From contig JAHLWS010000080.1 in the NCBI GenBank assembly GCA_019057795.1, forward strand, positions 32,001-96,000: DNA of 64,000 nucleotides, written 5' to 3'. Below, piece by piece: positions 18,537-30,000 of the stretch. Source of the stretch: Promethearchaeota archaeon. Lineage in GTDB: Archaea > Asgardarchaeota > Lokiarchaeia > Sigyniarchaeales > SOKP01. Below the pieces are notes generated by a model. The model was not told the DNA's origin. It made no database searches and worked only from the letters and a program-made list of their open reading frames with translations. Made by a program: the position numbers and the translations under genes. Position 1 is the first letter of the stretch; each line of letters starts with the position of its first letter.

Positions 18537-19175
18537 TTAGAGCTTTAGTTCTTCTATGCCTAAAATTATTATCCATTTAACATTTGTTAGCGATCTCTTC
18601 ACAGTTGTTATTGGTTCGTAGGAAACTGATAAATTATTATTCTCATCTCTTCCAACTATTAAGCAATCATAGAAAACTGGATCACTTCTAATATCAATTA
18701 CTACTCTATCGGCCAATAGAATTCCATTTCCTACGAAGGACACAGGGTTTCTAAGCATTTCTTCTTTAAAAAAATCCAAATGATTAATTCCATATTCATA
18801 ATCATCTAAATAAAGAACTGCTGTATTAAGTTTATTTAAGGTGTAAGGAAATGCATCAGAAAATTGACCTTCATCGTAGACTTGCATAACATCCTCAGGA
18901 ATAAGTATAGAGTATTCGATTGTCGAAGTATCTTTAATGCTAAGTTCATCTATTTTTCGAGAGTAAGCGGACATTTTATTGTAAATCAATTCGAATCCGA
19001 CTTTAAATCCGTTGGATATAAAAATCCCTTCTGAGTTCGATATTTTTAAATTGTCAGAAAAAATGATAGAATCCTTATCGTCGTTGCATCGAGTAATTAT
19101 AGACCCTACGAATTCTCCTTCTTTCTTTATTCCCTTTACTAAATCGTATAAAATGTTGCCGTTAACATCGCTCAT
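18537..19175 (-). CDS. Hypothetical protein, co-oriented with the ATPase
   Basis: 212-aa ORF, no motif recognised. Confidence 0.7.
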   Translation of the reverse strand: MSDVNGNILYDLVKGIKKEGEFVGSIITRCNDDKDSIIFSDNLKISNSEGIFISNGFKVGFELIYNKMSAYSRKIDELSIKDTSTIEYSILIPEDVMQVYDEGQFSDAFPYTLNKLNTAVLYLDDYEYGINHLDFFKEEMLRNPVSFVGNGILLADRVVIDIRSDPVFYDCLIVGRDENNNLSVSYEPITTVKRSLTNVKWIIILGIEELKL

Positions 19176-19226
19176 AATTACGTTTAAATTAACATCTCTT
19201 TTTCCAAATATCTAACCAAACGAATG

Positions 19227-19240
19227 TATATATATATATA
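19227..19240. repeat. (TA)7 tract in a short divergent promoter
   Basis: TATATATATATATA in the 88-bp gap between divergent genes. Confidence 0.7.
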
Positions 19241-19263
19241 GTATTACTTAATAATTAAGTAGA

Positions 19264-20508
19264 ATGGGTTCAATGAGTATATCCAACAAAATTTCTGAAT
19301 TGTCTAAATTTGATTTGCTTAAAAGAGCAAAAGAACACATTTTTTCGACTGGGTTAAACGACGGTGCTTCGAAATTGTGTAAGGCAAACATGAAATATGG
19401 TTTAGCGCAGTTTCAATTTATTCAAGAGAAATATGGATTTGAACCTAAAGCTACGTTTATATCGTCTCCAGACGAAACAATCTCGAGGAACAATTTTCGA
19501 TGGAATTCGGGGCTAGGATACGGCGGGAGACTAAATTGGGGGGATGGTAACGACAAGATAATTTTCCTAAATGTAAAACCAAATTGTTGTGGGATACTAG
19601 TTGGAGGATTAGAAGAAATACCGGATCCTTACGATCTCATAAAAACGATAGATAAAGTAAAGAGCATAAAGTTATACGATAATGACGTTTTAATAAATTG
19701 GGATTATGGTGTATCTAATCACTTTATAAATTGTTTTGAAACTAGAATTCTTTCAGACATTGATTTTCCACCTTATATGTTCATGATTCACGGTTCTGCA
19801 CCTGAATTTCGCGACGATAAATATGGAATAGGTTTATATATCGATATTTCAAAAACATTAAAGGAACGTGCTATCGCAGAACAAACTAAATTTGGAAGTC
19901 AATATATTTTGTTAGATTCCGATGCGAAAGAATATCTTGATTTTAACAAAAAAGCAATTAACTTTTCTAATAAAAAACGAGAAATCATTGCAAACGAGTT
20001 ATTCGGTACCGAATATGAGATAGTATGCAATACTCCTCACCAATTTTTAAAAGATTATAACAACATGTACTTAGGAAGTAATTGTACTGATGCAGATTTT
20101 GAGCTTGTTCCAACTAATATTTTTCCTACAGCATTAAGAGCTGATGTTGCGTGCTATCTATTTAAAGGTAAAAAGAGCTTTTCAGAAATAACTTTAAAGA
20201 ATAACAATTTTTTAGAAAGAGCAGAAAATCTAGAGCTATTAGATCTTCTAACGAATGCTGACATATTGCCCCACGGTGGAGGGTACATGTTGCCCGATGT
20301 TAGCCGCGTACAAAAAGTTTTAGAGTATAAAGACCAGAGATATTTTGCTTGCGAATTAGTAAAAGACAGTAACAAATTAAAGATAGTTCGAAACGTTAAG
20401 GAGTTACAATTCGAATATAGAGGGCGAGACGTAATTCTAAAAACGCTTCAATTGGACCTTGGAGAAATAATAGCTCGATTAAACCCTGTATTCTCTTTAA
20501 AATTATAA
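19264..20508 (+). CDS. Divergent RtcB-family RNA ligase-like protein
   Basis: Ordered motifs PNCCG, SNHFI, IHGS, PHQ, PHGGG parallel RtcB DINCG, GNHF, HTGS, HN, HGAG. Confidence 0.7.
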   Translation: MGSMSISNKISELSKFDLLKRAKEHIFSTGLNDGASKLCKANMKYGLAQFQFIQEKYGFEPKATFISSPDETISRNNFRWNSGLGYGGRLNWGDGNDKIIFLNVKPNCCGILVGGLEEIPDPYDLIKTIDKVKSIKLYDNDVLINWDYGVSNHFINCFETRILSDIDFPPYMFMIHGSAPEFRDDKYGIGLYIDISKTLKERAIAEQTKFGSQYILLDSDAKEYLDFNKKAINFSNKKREIIANELFGTEYEIVCNTPHQFLKDYNNMYLGSNCTDADFELVPTNIFPTALRADVACYLFKGKKSFSEITLKNNNFLERAENLELLDLLTNADILPHGGGYMLPDVSRVQKVLEYKDQRYFACELVKDSNKLKIVRNVKELQFEYRGRDVILKTLQLDLGEIIARLNPVFSLKL

Positions 20509-20509
20509 G

Positions 20510-22555
20510 CTATTCTATTTTTGCTCCAGGTGGAATGTTTTTATCAGGCGTTAGAACAGAAACGATATCTCCATCAACCGCAGCAAGTAACATTCCTTCG
20601 CTTAAAATTCCCCTTAATTTCCTAGGTTCTAAATTAGCTAATATTACTATCTTTTTACCTTTTAATTCTTCTGCTTTATATTGTTCTGCTAAACCGGCAA
20701 CTAGAGTTCTCTTTTCGTCTCCTAAAGTAATAGACAATTTGTATAATTTATCTGCTTTAGGAACTTTTTCGACACTCTCTATAAGTGCCACTCTTATATC
20801 TAATTTTTTAAAATCTTCATATGAAACCAATTCTTTATCACCTACCTTTGATTTTTGTTCTTTAAATTTCTGAAGTTTATCTTTAATTTCTTGAACATCA
20901 AGTTTTTGAAAAAGAGGTGCAGGTTTTTTAATTTTTAGCCCTTCTTTTACAGAGTTTTCGTTTATACTATCCCATTTCAAGTTTGAAGTGGGAACATTTA
21001 TGTACGACAAAATCTTTTCTGATGTTCCTGGAATAAATGGACTCAATAAAATACCAAACGCATAAACTGCTTGAATGCATATATTGAACACATGCCCAGC
21101 AGTTTCTTTATCTTTCTTGATCAAGTGCCATGGGGCCTTATCGTTAAGATATACATTCCCTTCTTTTCCAAAATTAACAATGTCTCTTAAAGCTTTTCTT
21201 AACTTGAAGTTTTTAATACTTTCTCCAATTTCATAACTAATACTATTTATACGCTCGATAAATTTTTTGTCAACTTCGTCAAATTCTACTTTGAGAGGTA
21301 CAGTTCCATTAAATTGTTTATCAATAAAGGTTAAAGTTCTATGAATGAAATTTCCGATGTTATCGTTTAATGTTTTAATGTTGTTTTCAAATTCAGACCA
21401 TAGGAACGAAGTATCACTAGTTTCTGGACGATTATAAACTAAAGTAAATCGCCAGTAATCAAGTGGAGCAACTTCTAAAGCCTCATCGATCCAGATTCCT
21501 ATTCCTCTCGATTTAGAAAATTTCTCGTTTTCAAACATTAACCATTCTGTAGAAGAAACATTGTAAGGGAGTATTAATTTCTCTCCATTGCTTTTATCCT
21601 TGTTATAGGATAATAACAAAATCGGAAATATAATCAAATGAAATATTATATTGTCTTTCCCGATAAAAAAGACTGTTTTAGTTTCTGGATCTTTCCAAAA
21701 ATAATCAAATTTCTTTGGATCTTTAATAATATTTTCTGCCCATTCTTTTACGGCGGAAATATAGCCCAAGACGGCTTCAAACCAAACGTAAATGGTCTTT
21801 TCTTCAGCTCCTTTAAAAGGGGCTGGAATCCCCCATTCTAAATCTCTAGTAATGGCTCTTTGTGGAATTCCTTCTGAGATACTATTTAAACACATTTGTC
21901 GAGCATTCTGTGGAATTAGTTGGTTTTTTTTTATAAAACTATCCAACTTATCTTGTAATTTGGGCAAATCTAAATACCAATGCTTCGTTTTACGGAGTAC
22001 AGGCGGATTGTCGCATATCACACAGCGAGCTCTTTTTAACTCTAAGGGAGTTAATAATTTCTGGCATTTATCACATTGATCTCCCCTCGCATTTTCAGCT
22101 TCACAGTGCGGGCAAATTCCTTCAACAAATCTATCTGGAAGAAATAATTTATCGTGCTCACAATACAGAGATTCTAATTCCTTTTCAAATATGTATCCAT
22201 TTTTCTGAATATCCATATAGAAATTTCTTACAAACTCAATGTGTGTAGGATTATGAGTAATAGTGTAGTTATCATATGAGATTTGCCATTTTTTAAATAA
22301 ATCTTTAATTCTGGTATGATTTTTCGAGGCTAATTCCTGAGCTGACATATTTTGTTTTTTAGCTGCAACCGCGACGGGCGTTCCATGTGAATCCGAACCC
22401 GAAACAAATACAACTTCATCTCCTTTTAGCCTACAAAATCTTGCAAATATATCGGACGATAATACGCTTCCAATCATGTTTCCTAAATGGGGTATGGCAT
22501 TAACATAAGGCCAAGCTGAAGTAATTACCCATTTATTTTTTTCAATATTGGACAA
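20510..22555 (-). CDS. metG: Methionine--tRNA ligase
   Basis: PYVN..PHLGN (HIGH), zinc knuckle, KFSKS, C-terminal tRNA-binding OB domain. Confidence 0.98.
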   Translation of the reverse strand: MSNIEKNKWVITSAWPYVNAIPHLGNMIGSVLSSDIFARFCRLKGDEVVFVSGSDSHGTPVAVAAKKQNMSAQELASKNHTRIKDLFKKWQISYDNYTITHNPTHIEFVRNFYMDIQKNGYIFEKELESLYCEHDKLFLPDRFVEGICPHCEAENARGDQCDKCQKLLTPLELKRARCVICDNPPVLRKTKHWYLDLPKLQDKLDSFIKKNQLIPQNARQMCLNSISEGIPQRAITRDLEWGIPAPFKGAEEKTIYVWFEAVLGYISAVKEWAENIIKDPKKFDYFWKDPETKTVFFIGKDNIIFHLIIFPILLLSYNKDKSNGEKLILPYNVSSTEWLMFENEKFSKSRGIGIWIDEALEVAPLDYWRFTLVYNRPETSDTSFLWSEFENNIKTLNDNIGNFIHRTLTFIDKQFNGTVPLKVEFDEVDKKFIERINSISYEIGESIKNFKLRKALRDIVNFGKEGNVYLNDKAPWHLIKKDKETAGHVFNICIQAVYAFGILLSPFIPGTSEKILSYINVPTSNLKWDSINENSVKEGLKIKKPAPLFQKLDVQEIKDKLQKFKEQKSKVGDKELVSYEDFKKLDIRVALIESVEKVPKADKLYKLSITLGDEKRTLVAGLAEQYKAEELKGKKIVILANLEPRKLRGILSEGMLLAAVDGDIVSVLTPDKNIPPGAKIE

Positions 22556-22766
22556 TTCGTATTACCTCTTAATTTATAGTTAGGTTATAGTTATTTATCG
22601 ATTATAATTGTTATAATTATAATTAATTAATCTAATAATGATTGTTAAAGTAATTTACTTTCTTATTTCAACTTTATGAGATTGAGAGTGAAAAACTGAA
22701 CGATTCTTGCTCTCATAATATATTTTAAATAGCTAATATATAAACTCAATTTTAAGTTCTTTTCTT

Positions 22767-23942
22767 TTAATAGCTAATCTGTGCTCCACAATTTCTACAA
22801 GCTTTAATTTCATCGTTCATTTTACTTAAGCAAGGTTCGTGATAATAAGCTCCGCATTTTTCGCATTGAAATGCTTTATAATCTCCTAAAAAAATGCTAT
22901 GACAAAAAGTACAAGATACATCGATTTCGTCGATTTGAGATTCTGGAATTAATTTCATTCTTGTAGTGTTTATACCGCTTTCATCGATTAATTTTATTTT
23001 AGGTTCGTTATCGGGCTTATCCTCGATTAACTTTGATGCTGATAATGGAAGTTCTAATAAGAAGAAACAGAAAGGGCACCTGAAAACCATTTCTTTGTAT
23101 TCTGTTTTCTTAGCCCACATCGCTGTGCAAGAAAGATGCATCGGGCGTTCACATGATGGGCAGTACCTTCCTTCGCTAAAGAAATCCGCTCCCGTTATTG
23201 GTGCTTTTACTGAGTGACAAATTTGGCATTTTTCTTGCCCCCTTTCCTTACGACTCATCATTAACCTAATATCTAATAAGCTTGGTCTCCTCAGTGGTAA
23301 AGCTATATCGCTTATCAGAGGGGCTAACTCGTTTTTTTTATTTGGTCCAAAATAGTCAGTCGTTATTTTACTCTCCTTTTTCGACGCGAATGACCTTCCA
23401 GCATTTAATACCGCTTTTGAATTGTTAAAAAATCCAAATTTTCCGCCTGTAAGTTTTACAATCTTTTTTAAAATACTTTGAGAATAGTCTTGCGTTTTGC
23501 CTAATTGGCAAGCATCAATATAAATCCCCAATCCTTTAGCAATATTAACTATTTTTTGAATTTTATTACTAAGCTTCAATTTACTATCCGAAATAATAAA
23601 TATTCTATATGTTTTTCCCCCTAACTTCCTCATCTCCTTTACTAAGATTTGCAAAGAAAAGGCTAATCCTTCGTCTAGCATACCAATCCCAGAGATATGA
23701 ATTTTCTTTAAAGAGTTAATTAATTTTTCTTCTTCATGTGTAAAGGAACTCAGTTTCTTTATAGTTGCCCCAAAAGAGAGCACTGCAATTCTATCTTTAG
23801 GATCGATCGTAAATTTCTCACTAATAAAGTTTTTAACGGTTTCTAAGGCGACAAAAAGTCGATTAGGCTTAAAGTCTTTTCTTAACATAGATCGAGAAGA
23901 ATCTATAAGCACAACGCAGTCTTCAATTTTTATATCGTGCAA
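22767..23942 (-). CDS. vWA (Ssl1/p44/Rpn10-like) protein with two C4HC3 RING/PHD-like fingers
   Basis: IDSSRSM..KDFKPNRL; two CxxC..CxxC....HxxC..CxxC arrays. Confidence 0.85.
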   Translation of the reverse strand: MHDIKIEDCVVLIDSSRSMLRKDFKPNRLFVALETVKNFISEKFTIDPKDRIAVLSFGATIKKLSSFTHEEEKLINSLKKIHISGIGMLDEGLAFSLQILVKEMRKLGGKTYRIFIISDSKLKLSNKIQKIVNIAKGLGIYIDACQLGKTQDYSQSILKKIVKLTGGKFGFFNNSKAVLNAGRSFASKKESKITTDYFGPNKKNELAPLISDIALPLRRPSLLDIRLMMSRKERGQEKCQICHSVKAPITGADFFSEGRYCPSCERPMHLSCTAMWAKKTEYKEMVFRCPFCFFLLELPLSASKLIEDKPDNEPKIKLIDESGINTTRMKLIPESQIDEIDVSCTFCHSIFLGDYKAFQCEKCGAYYHEPCLSKMNDEIKACRNCGAQISY

Positions 23943-24052
23943 TTTTTTTTTTAGAAATATTCAATGAATTTAAAAGAATTAAAAAAAGTTAGTCTTAAAT
24001 AGGTTTCTATTCTATGCGCGTTTTTTCGGTTTATCCCTATATTTTTCTTCGT

Positions 24053-24226
24053 TTATTTCTTGCTTAAAAAGTTATAAGCAAAAAGCGCAAACACCTTAAT
24101 TGAATTGATAAAGTCTTGAATTTCTATATATTCGTCAATCGCGTGAGCAGTTCCCATGCTACCAGGTCCAAACAAGATAATCTGAGGGCGATATCCATCA
24201 TTCCATAAGTAAAGTGCGTCAGCACT
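24053..24226 (-). pseudogene. 3' remnant of an M20 peptidase homolog
   Basis: Startless frame SADALYLWNDGY...LFGPG..AHAIDEYIEIQDFINSIKVF aligns to the C-terminus of 25487-26848. Confidence 0.85.
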
Positions 24227-24388
24227 TATTGATAATTTTTAAAGTTTTTTTTCTTTTTAATTTTTAATATTTCGCTGCAAATTTCATGGTTTGTTTTTTT
24301 TTTTTAAAATTGGTCCTTATACTTTTAAATAGCAATAACGATAATTTTGATATATTATATTTTCTAATTTACGAGTCCAATATTAACA

Positions 24389-25474
24389 ATGTGTGAAAAT
24401 TCTTTAGAAATATCAAATTCATATCTTCATAATTTTGAATCCAAAAATGGATTAGAATTTGGATTTCGTTATGGTGTTCCTCAAGATAGTGTACAACTAG
24501 TCAACATCTTCAAAGAAGTTTATGGATGGAATTATTTATATCCCACGGTATATAATAAAAAGAAATTTTCAAAACTTCTTTCCTATAAGAATCAAACTTG
24601 GTTTATTGTCGAAGATATCGATACTAAGAAAATCGTTGGTACAGGTGTAATGGAGAGAAAAAGTGAAATCTCCGTCTGTGCCTCAAAAACATTGATTTTA
24701 AACAAATATCAAAATCTTGGAATTGCGAGAGTTTTAGGGACTCAGAGCGTTTTTAGTTATTTATCTAATCCAGAATTAAGTGCCCTCATAAGAATTGATA
24801 TAGATGTAAGAGCAAAGAGTATAAACTCACAGAAATTGGCTGAAAAAATTCGTTGCATTCCCTATGGTTTTATACCTAATTATAATAATTATGCTGATAA
24901 GAGGAATTTTGACTTTTCTAAAGGAAAACCCTTCTCTTCTGGTGAAATTGAAGCTGTCATGATGTATGTATCTCCAATTAAACATTTTTGGAAAATTAGA
25001 AATAGAGAGATTACAGTAATAAATAGAAAGGAAATTTTGGACTTTTATAATATTGTTAAAAAACACATTACGAGAATGAATCGAGATAAATTATTAATAA
25101 GAAATGCGTCTAATTTTCTAATTAATAACTTTACTATCGATAAAGATCCTTATAAATCTTGTATTTCGATTAAAGGTTATTTATCTGAGAGAATCTTAAA
25201 GGATTTATTAGAGAACTATTCAAATTGGAATTTGGTTGAGTGGAGAGTACCAACTACATTAGAAGGGTTGGGTTCTCAGCATATTGCATTAAATAATGGA
25301 TTTAAAGTAGTAGGATATGATCCGGGTTCATTTTTTAATCAAAAATTAACTGATGACACAATTGTTTTTTGTAAATTTCCAAATGGAATAGATTTTTCAC
25401 AATTTGAAGGTTTAAATGTGGTAGATAAAAATAAACCAATAGTAAATAAAGTATTAAAGTCTGTAATGGATTAA
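24389..25474 (+). CDS. GNAT-fold protein
   Basis: KYQNLGIARVL motif A, SQKL..K...PYGF, second degenerate GNAT-like half (GFKVVGYDPG). Confidence 0.65.
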   Translation: MCENSLEISNSYLHNFESKNGLEFGFRYGVPQDSVQLVNIFKEVYGWNYLYPTVYNKKKFSKLLSYKNQTWFIVEDIDTKKIVGTGVMERKSEISVCASKTLILNKYQNLGIARVLGTQSVFSYLSNPELSALIRIDIDVRAKSINSQKLAEKIRCIPYGFIPNYNNYADKRNFDFSKGKPFSSGEIEAVMMYVSPIKHFWKIRNREITVINRKEILDFYNIVKKHITRMNRDKLLIRNASNFLINNFTIDKDPYKSCISIKGYLSERILKDLLENYSNWNLVEWRVPTTLEGLGSQHIALNNGFKVVGYDPGSFFNQKLTDDTIVFCKFPNGIDFSQFEGLNVVDKNKPIVNKVLKSVMD

Positions 25475-25486
25475 AAATCTAAAATT

Positions 25487-26848
25487 TTAAGGTTTTTTCA
25501 AGTAATCAAATGAAAATAGAGTATAAACTTTAATTACATTAATATAATCCTCGAGTTCTATATATTCATCAATGGTATGAGCTTTAGCCGCATTCCCTGC
25601 TCCAAATATTAAAGTTTTGTTACAATAATCCGAACCTCTATAGTAATGAGCATCCGCTGCTCCAGGATATAGTGAGTAAAACGGGCGTTTTTTGTATATT
25701 CTTTCAATTAAAGAATACAAATACATTAATTTTTTAGATTTTTCCCAGTTTTTCCAATAAGAGGCTTCTGCCTCATTAAGTATTTCTAAATAAACAAAAA
25801 TATCTTCGGGATTGCTGTGTGGTGTATATCTTACTTCATAACCAATTTTTTCAATTAATTTTTTTAGCGCTTCAACTAACATCTTTGTGTTTTGCCCCGG
25901 GAGTGTTCTAATATCCATTAATGCTTCACATTGATTTGGGATAACATTTCCTTTAATACCACCGCTAATCATATTAATGCTTTTTGTATATTGTGTAAGC
26001 GATTTTACAAAATTCTGTATAAGCGGCTGCTCATTGTAAACTTTATCAAAATGTTCTTTATTCGGGAAAGTAGCACTTATAAGTTCTTTTATTTTTTCTT
26101 CAGACATTGGAGGTTGTACATTTGGTAAAAAATCATCCAATTCGTCTAAATGTAAGACTATTTCACTCATCATTGATATCGCATTCTTACCAAGAAAAGG
26201 AACTGAGGAATGACATGCAACCCCGTTTGTGATTATTTTTAATTGAATATGTCCTTTTTCTCCTAAAATTATGGCTTTGGGTAGAGGATGGAAACCTGTA
26301 GGTTCACCGATAATTAAAAAGTTACAATAAAGATTTTTTGATTGTAAATAATTTTCTAAACACCATTTCGTTCCTAAATTACCTCCTGTTTCTTCATCAG
26401 CTACCGCATTTAAGACAATATTCCTCGTAGTTTCGATATTAAATTTTTTTAAAACAGATAGCGCAATTACCATTGCTGATAACGAGGCTTTCATATCTGT
26501 AGTCCCTCTACCATAAATGAACTTTTTTCTCTTAATAAAAGCAGAAAATGGGGGATATTTCCATTCTTTCTCATCCCCCGTGGGTACTACATCCATATGT
26601 CCATTAAATACGAGACATTTACCATCAAAATTATGATTGAGAAGTGCGATTAGATTAGCACGGTTTTCTCCAAATGGGAAAACCTCAGTTTTTATTCCTT
26701 CTTCTTTTAAGTAATCTTCAATAATTATAGCAACATTTTTTTCATTGCCAGGTGGATTAATTGAGTCAGCTTGAATAATTTTCCTGAAAAATTCGACATA
26801 TTCCTCTTTATTTTGTTCAATTTCATTAAGAATTGATTTTTCACTCAT
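25487..26848 (-). CDS. M20 metallopeptidase (ArgE/DapE family)
   Basis: NGHMDVVP, GRGTTDMK, ADEE, GEPT, AHTIDEY. Confidence 0.93.
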   Translation of the reverse strand: MSEKSILNEIEQNKEEYVEFFRKIIQADSINPPGNEKNVAIIIEDYLKEEGIKTEVFPFGENRANLIALLNHNFDGKCLVFNGHMDVVPTGDEKEWKYPPFSAFIKRKKFIYGRGTTDMKASLSAMVIALSVLKKFNIETTRNIVLNAVADEETGGNLGTKWCLENYLQSKNLYCNFLIIGEPTGFHPLPKAIILGEKGHIQLKIITNGVACHSSVPFLGKNAISMMSEIVLHLDELDDFLPNVQPPMSEEKIKELISATFPNKEHFDKVYNEQPLIQNFVKSLTQYTKSINMISGGIKGNVIPNQCEALMDIRTLPGQNTKMLVEALKKLIEKIGYEVRYTPHSNPEDIFVYLEILNEAEASYWKNWEKSKKLMYLYSLIERIYKKRPFYSLYPGAADAHYYRGSDYCNKTLIFGAGNAAKAHTIDEYIELEDYINVIKVYTLFSFDYLKKP

Positions 26849-27017
26849 GATACTATTTAACCAACTTCACGATTAATTTTGATAATAAAATTGTTTTGAA
26901 CATTTATAATATTTTGTCATATAGTATTCTATCTGATAAGTTTAAAATAAATTAGCAAATTTTAATATTCTTAGATAATTTTAAAAACTAAAATATTGAT
27001 AAATACGGTTGGTTTAA

Positions 27018-30000
27018 TTGATTCGACGAAAAAAGGATGTTAAAAGAATTTTTTTTGTAAGTATATTCATAATTTCTATGCTTTTAGTGAATATTCACAT
27101 TTTTAATGGTTTATATTTAGATGGTAGTAATAACCAACTAACAAATTTGTTAAACGACGATAATAACCTTTTTTCTTCTGAAACTGACCCGTACCTAACA
27201 GATTATTACATTAACGGCTCAGGAGACAATCAAAACGTTAGAATTTACGCTTTAAATAGTTCGGAAACAAATGAGAATAATCAAGGTTTTTTTGAAATTC
27301 CTTCTATGTCAGTTACTGATACGACATATCTCACATATGGAAATTTCAACTTCACTTTCCAGAATAATTACACAGCAGATCACGTAATAGAAGACACAAG
27401 CGCGTTAGACGCAAGAGAATTCATAAAATTTACTTATAATACTAGTTTATCCTCAATGAATGTGAATACTGGAGAGATTCTCAATGAGCCTATCAATTTA
27501 GACTGGCTTGTCGATGGAAATCCTGATACAAATATTGAATTAAATTCTTCTTCGAGCGGAGAATTAAATTTTACGATCGATTCAAGTTTTGCAGGTACAT
27601 CATATATTAGTGGGAGTCCATCAATTAACCTCGCGTTTAATAGATCTTTTATATTAGGCTTAATTTCAACTTTTTCAAGCAGTATTGATTTGGATGCTTA
27701 TTTAACCTTAAAAATGTTTAATATATCTGACTCCACTTGGATAAACGTTACGGAAACGATGTTTATAAATAGCAGTTTAGGCACTCAATTAATTGAAAAC
27801 CGATACGTTAACGAAAACTTAAACTATATTAACTCCTCCGATATTAGTAAGATACAATTCTACTTACAAAGCTTTGATAGCAATGACTTTGTCCTTACCT
27901 TAAGAGAATTTAAATTAGAGTCCACTTACGCGTTTGATTTACCTATTACCAATAGTGAATATGTCGCTTTAGAGTTTGATTTGAAGGGAGAAAGTTCGGC
28001 AGTAAACGGTTTTTACGCTTGGATAAGAACATTGAATCTTACTGAAGCCCTTAACGCAGAACTAAATATAACCTTATACGAAGCTAATTCAACAATAACG
28101 AGAACTCAAGCTAATTTAAATAATTTAAAACCTAACAACACTAAATTAATCGATTCAATAATAATTGATTATCGCGATTATCATGGAGATTCTTTATCCT
28201 ATTTCGAATTTAACCAAGCGAATACTCAAAATCTAAAACTCTATAATTATTTCATAGTAATTAAATCAAATCGTTCAGAACAAATATATAGCTTAGTAAC
28301 ACTTCCTGAATCTACTTATGGTGATCCAGACTCTACAGTAGATCATCAATTAAGAACAACTAATGACGATGGTCTAACCTGGAATGTTGCCACAAAACAA
28401 GTGACTCCAGGAGGCTACAAGTCCGAAGAATTAGATGCAGCAGCTTTTAAATTAAATGTAACGCGCGGATATATGCCTTCTGACTTTATAAATCCTGACG
28501 ATAATCAAGATACGCTAAAAATACAAGATATTCCAATAGAAAATCAAAAAATCAGCGATCCTCCTTACGATGTAAGCTCATCGTTAGAATGGGGATTAGG
28601 GCAATGGAAGAACAACTTTACAGTTGAAATTGTCAATAATAGTTTACACAATTTCCAAATAGACCTCACATGGAATAATAGTATTATTCAAGGGTTTAAA
28701 TTCAACGTTACGTATACAGTAAAGGGTTATTGGGTAGAAAGCGCGAATAGTTATTATAAGGTATCATACGATACAATTCCAAGGTGGAATTTAAATTATA
28801 CACTAGATTTAGGTAATATAAATCTTGATAATTGGGATTTCCATGAATTTTGGTTTGTATATCCCAACGATTGGGATGCAAAGAACCTGACTAATCCAAA
28901 TTACGATGAAATTTACGAAGAAGTGATAAATAGCACAGGAGGAGAGACTAATTTTGACGCTAACCCATCGTATGATTTTACAGCGATTAATAACGCCACA
29001 GTTAACGATATTGACGGAATATACTCTCTTAATTTAACGAGTAGCAACCTTATACATGAGATGCACAGTTACATAAATTACAATGGAATTTTATGGGAGA
29101 CAAATGGATTTATGTATGGAGATAATATATCTGTAGAAGTTGCTATCCAAGGCCCCGGCGGCATACCGCCCACAAACGGTAATGCAAATGTTACATTGTT
29201 TTATCCAGATAATAGTACCATATTTCCAGGAGCAGAAAGGAATTCATCAGCAGGAGTGATTAAAAGTAATTCGCTTGTATATGATTTCAATAACCAAACT
29301 ATTTTAAATGTTACCAAAGATACGCCTCTCCTTGGAAATTATTATTTAGGCTATTTCTGGGAAAACGGTTCCGCAGTTGGATGTAAGAAACTGAAATTAT
29401 ATATAGACACTTATGATGTTAATATGAATAGTTTATTCTACGAACCAATCTTGAATCAAAACGTCCTTGACGGCATTGTAGACAAGGTTTATGAAAGTTA
29501 TTCAATGTTAATTGGTACAATAAATGTAACCGATGAAAAATATTATCCAGACTTTTACGCGGTTAATAATTCTGATATAAATCAACAATTTATTTACGAA
29601 ATAAACAATGAAAAGATACCAATATTAGTAAAAACCTTTTTACAAAATGAAACTCTTCTAAATCCCGATGAAGATATCAAAATAAGCGCAACAATTCAAA
29701 ATTTGCACGATTTTGTCGATTTGGAAGTTAAATTAAAAGTTCAATTAGTGTCTTTGGTTAACGAAGAATGGATAATTGCCGAAAAGTATACGGATGTAAA
29801 AACTCTAAATATAAGGGGAGATCCTAACGGTGCTGATACGCAAGAATTTTCCGTAAATCTTACAATACCGACTCTTCAAGCAGACGGAGTTTGGCAAGGC
29901 GTAAACGCGCCCGTTAGAAAAGGAGGAGCTAAAACAATATTTACGGTCTATTTTGAATACGCTGGAGAAAGTCATGAAGTTGATACTTTTGAAAGTAATG

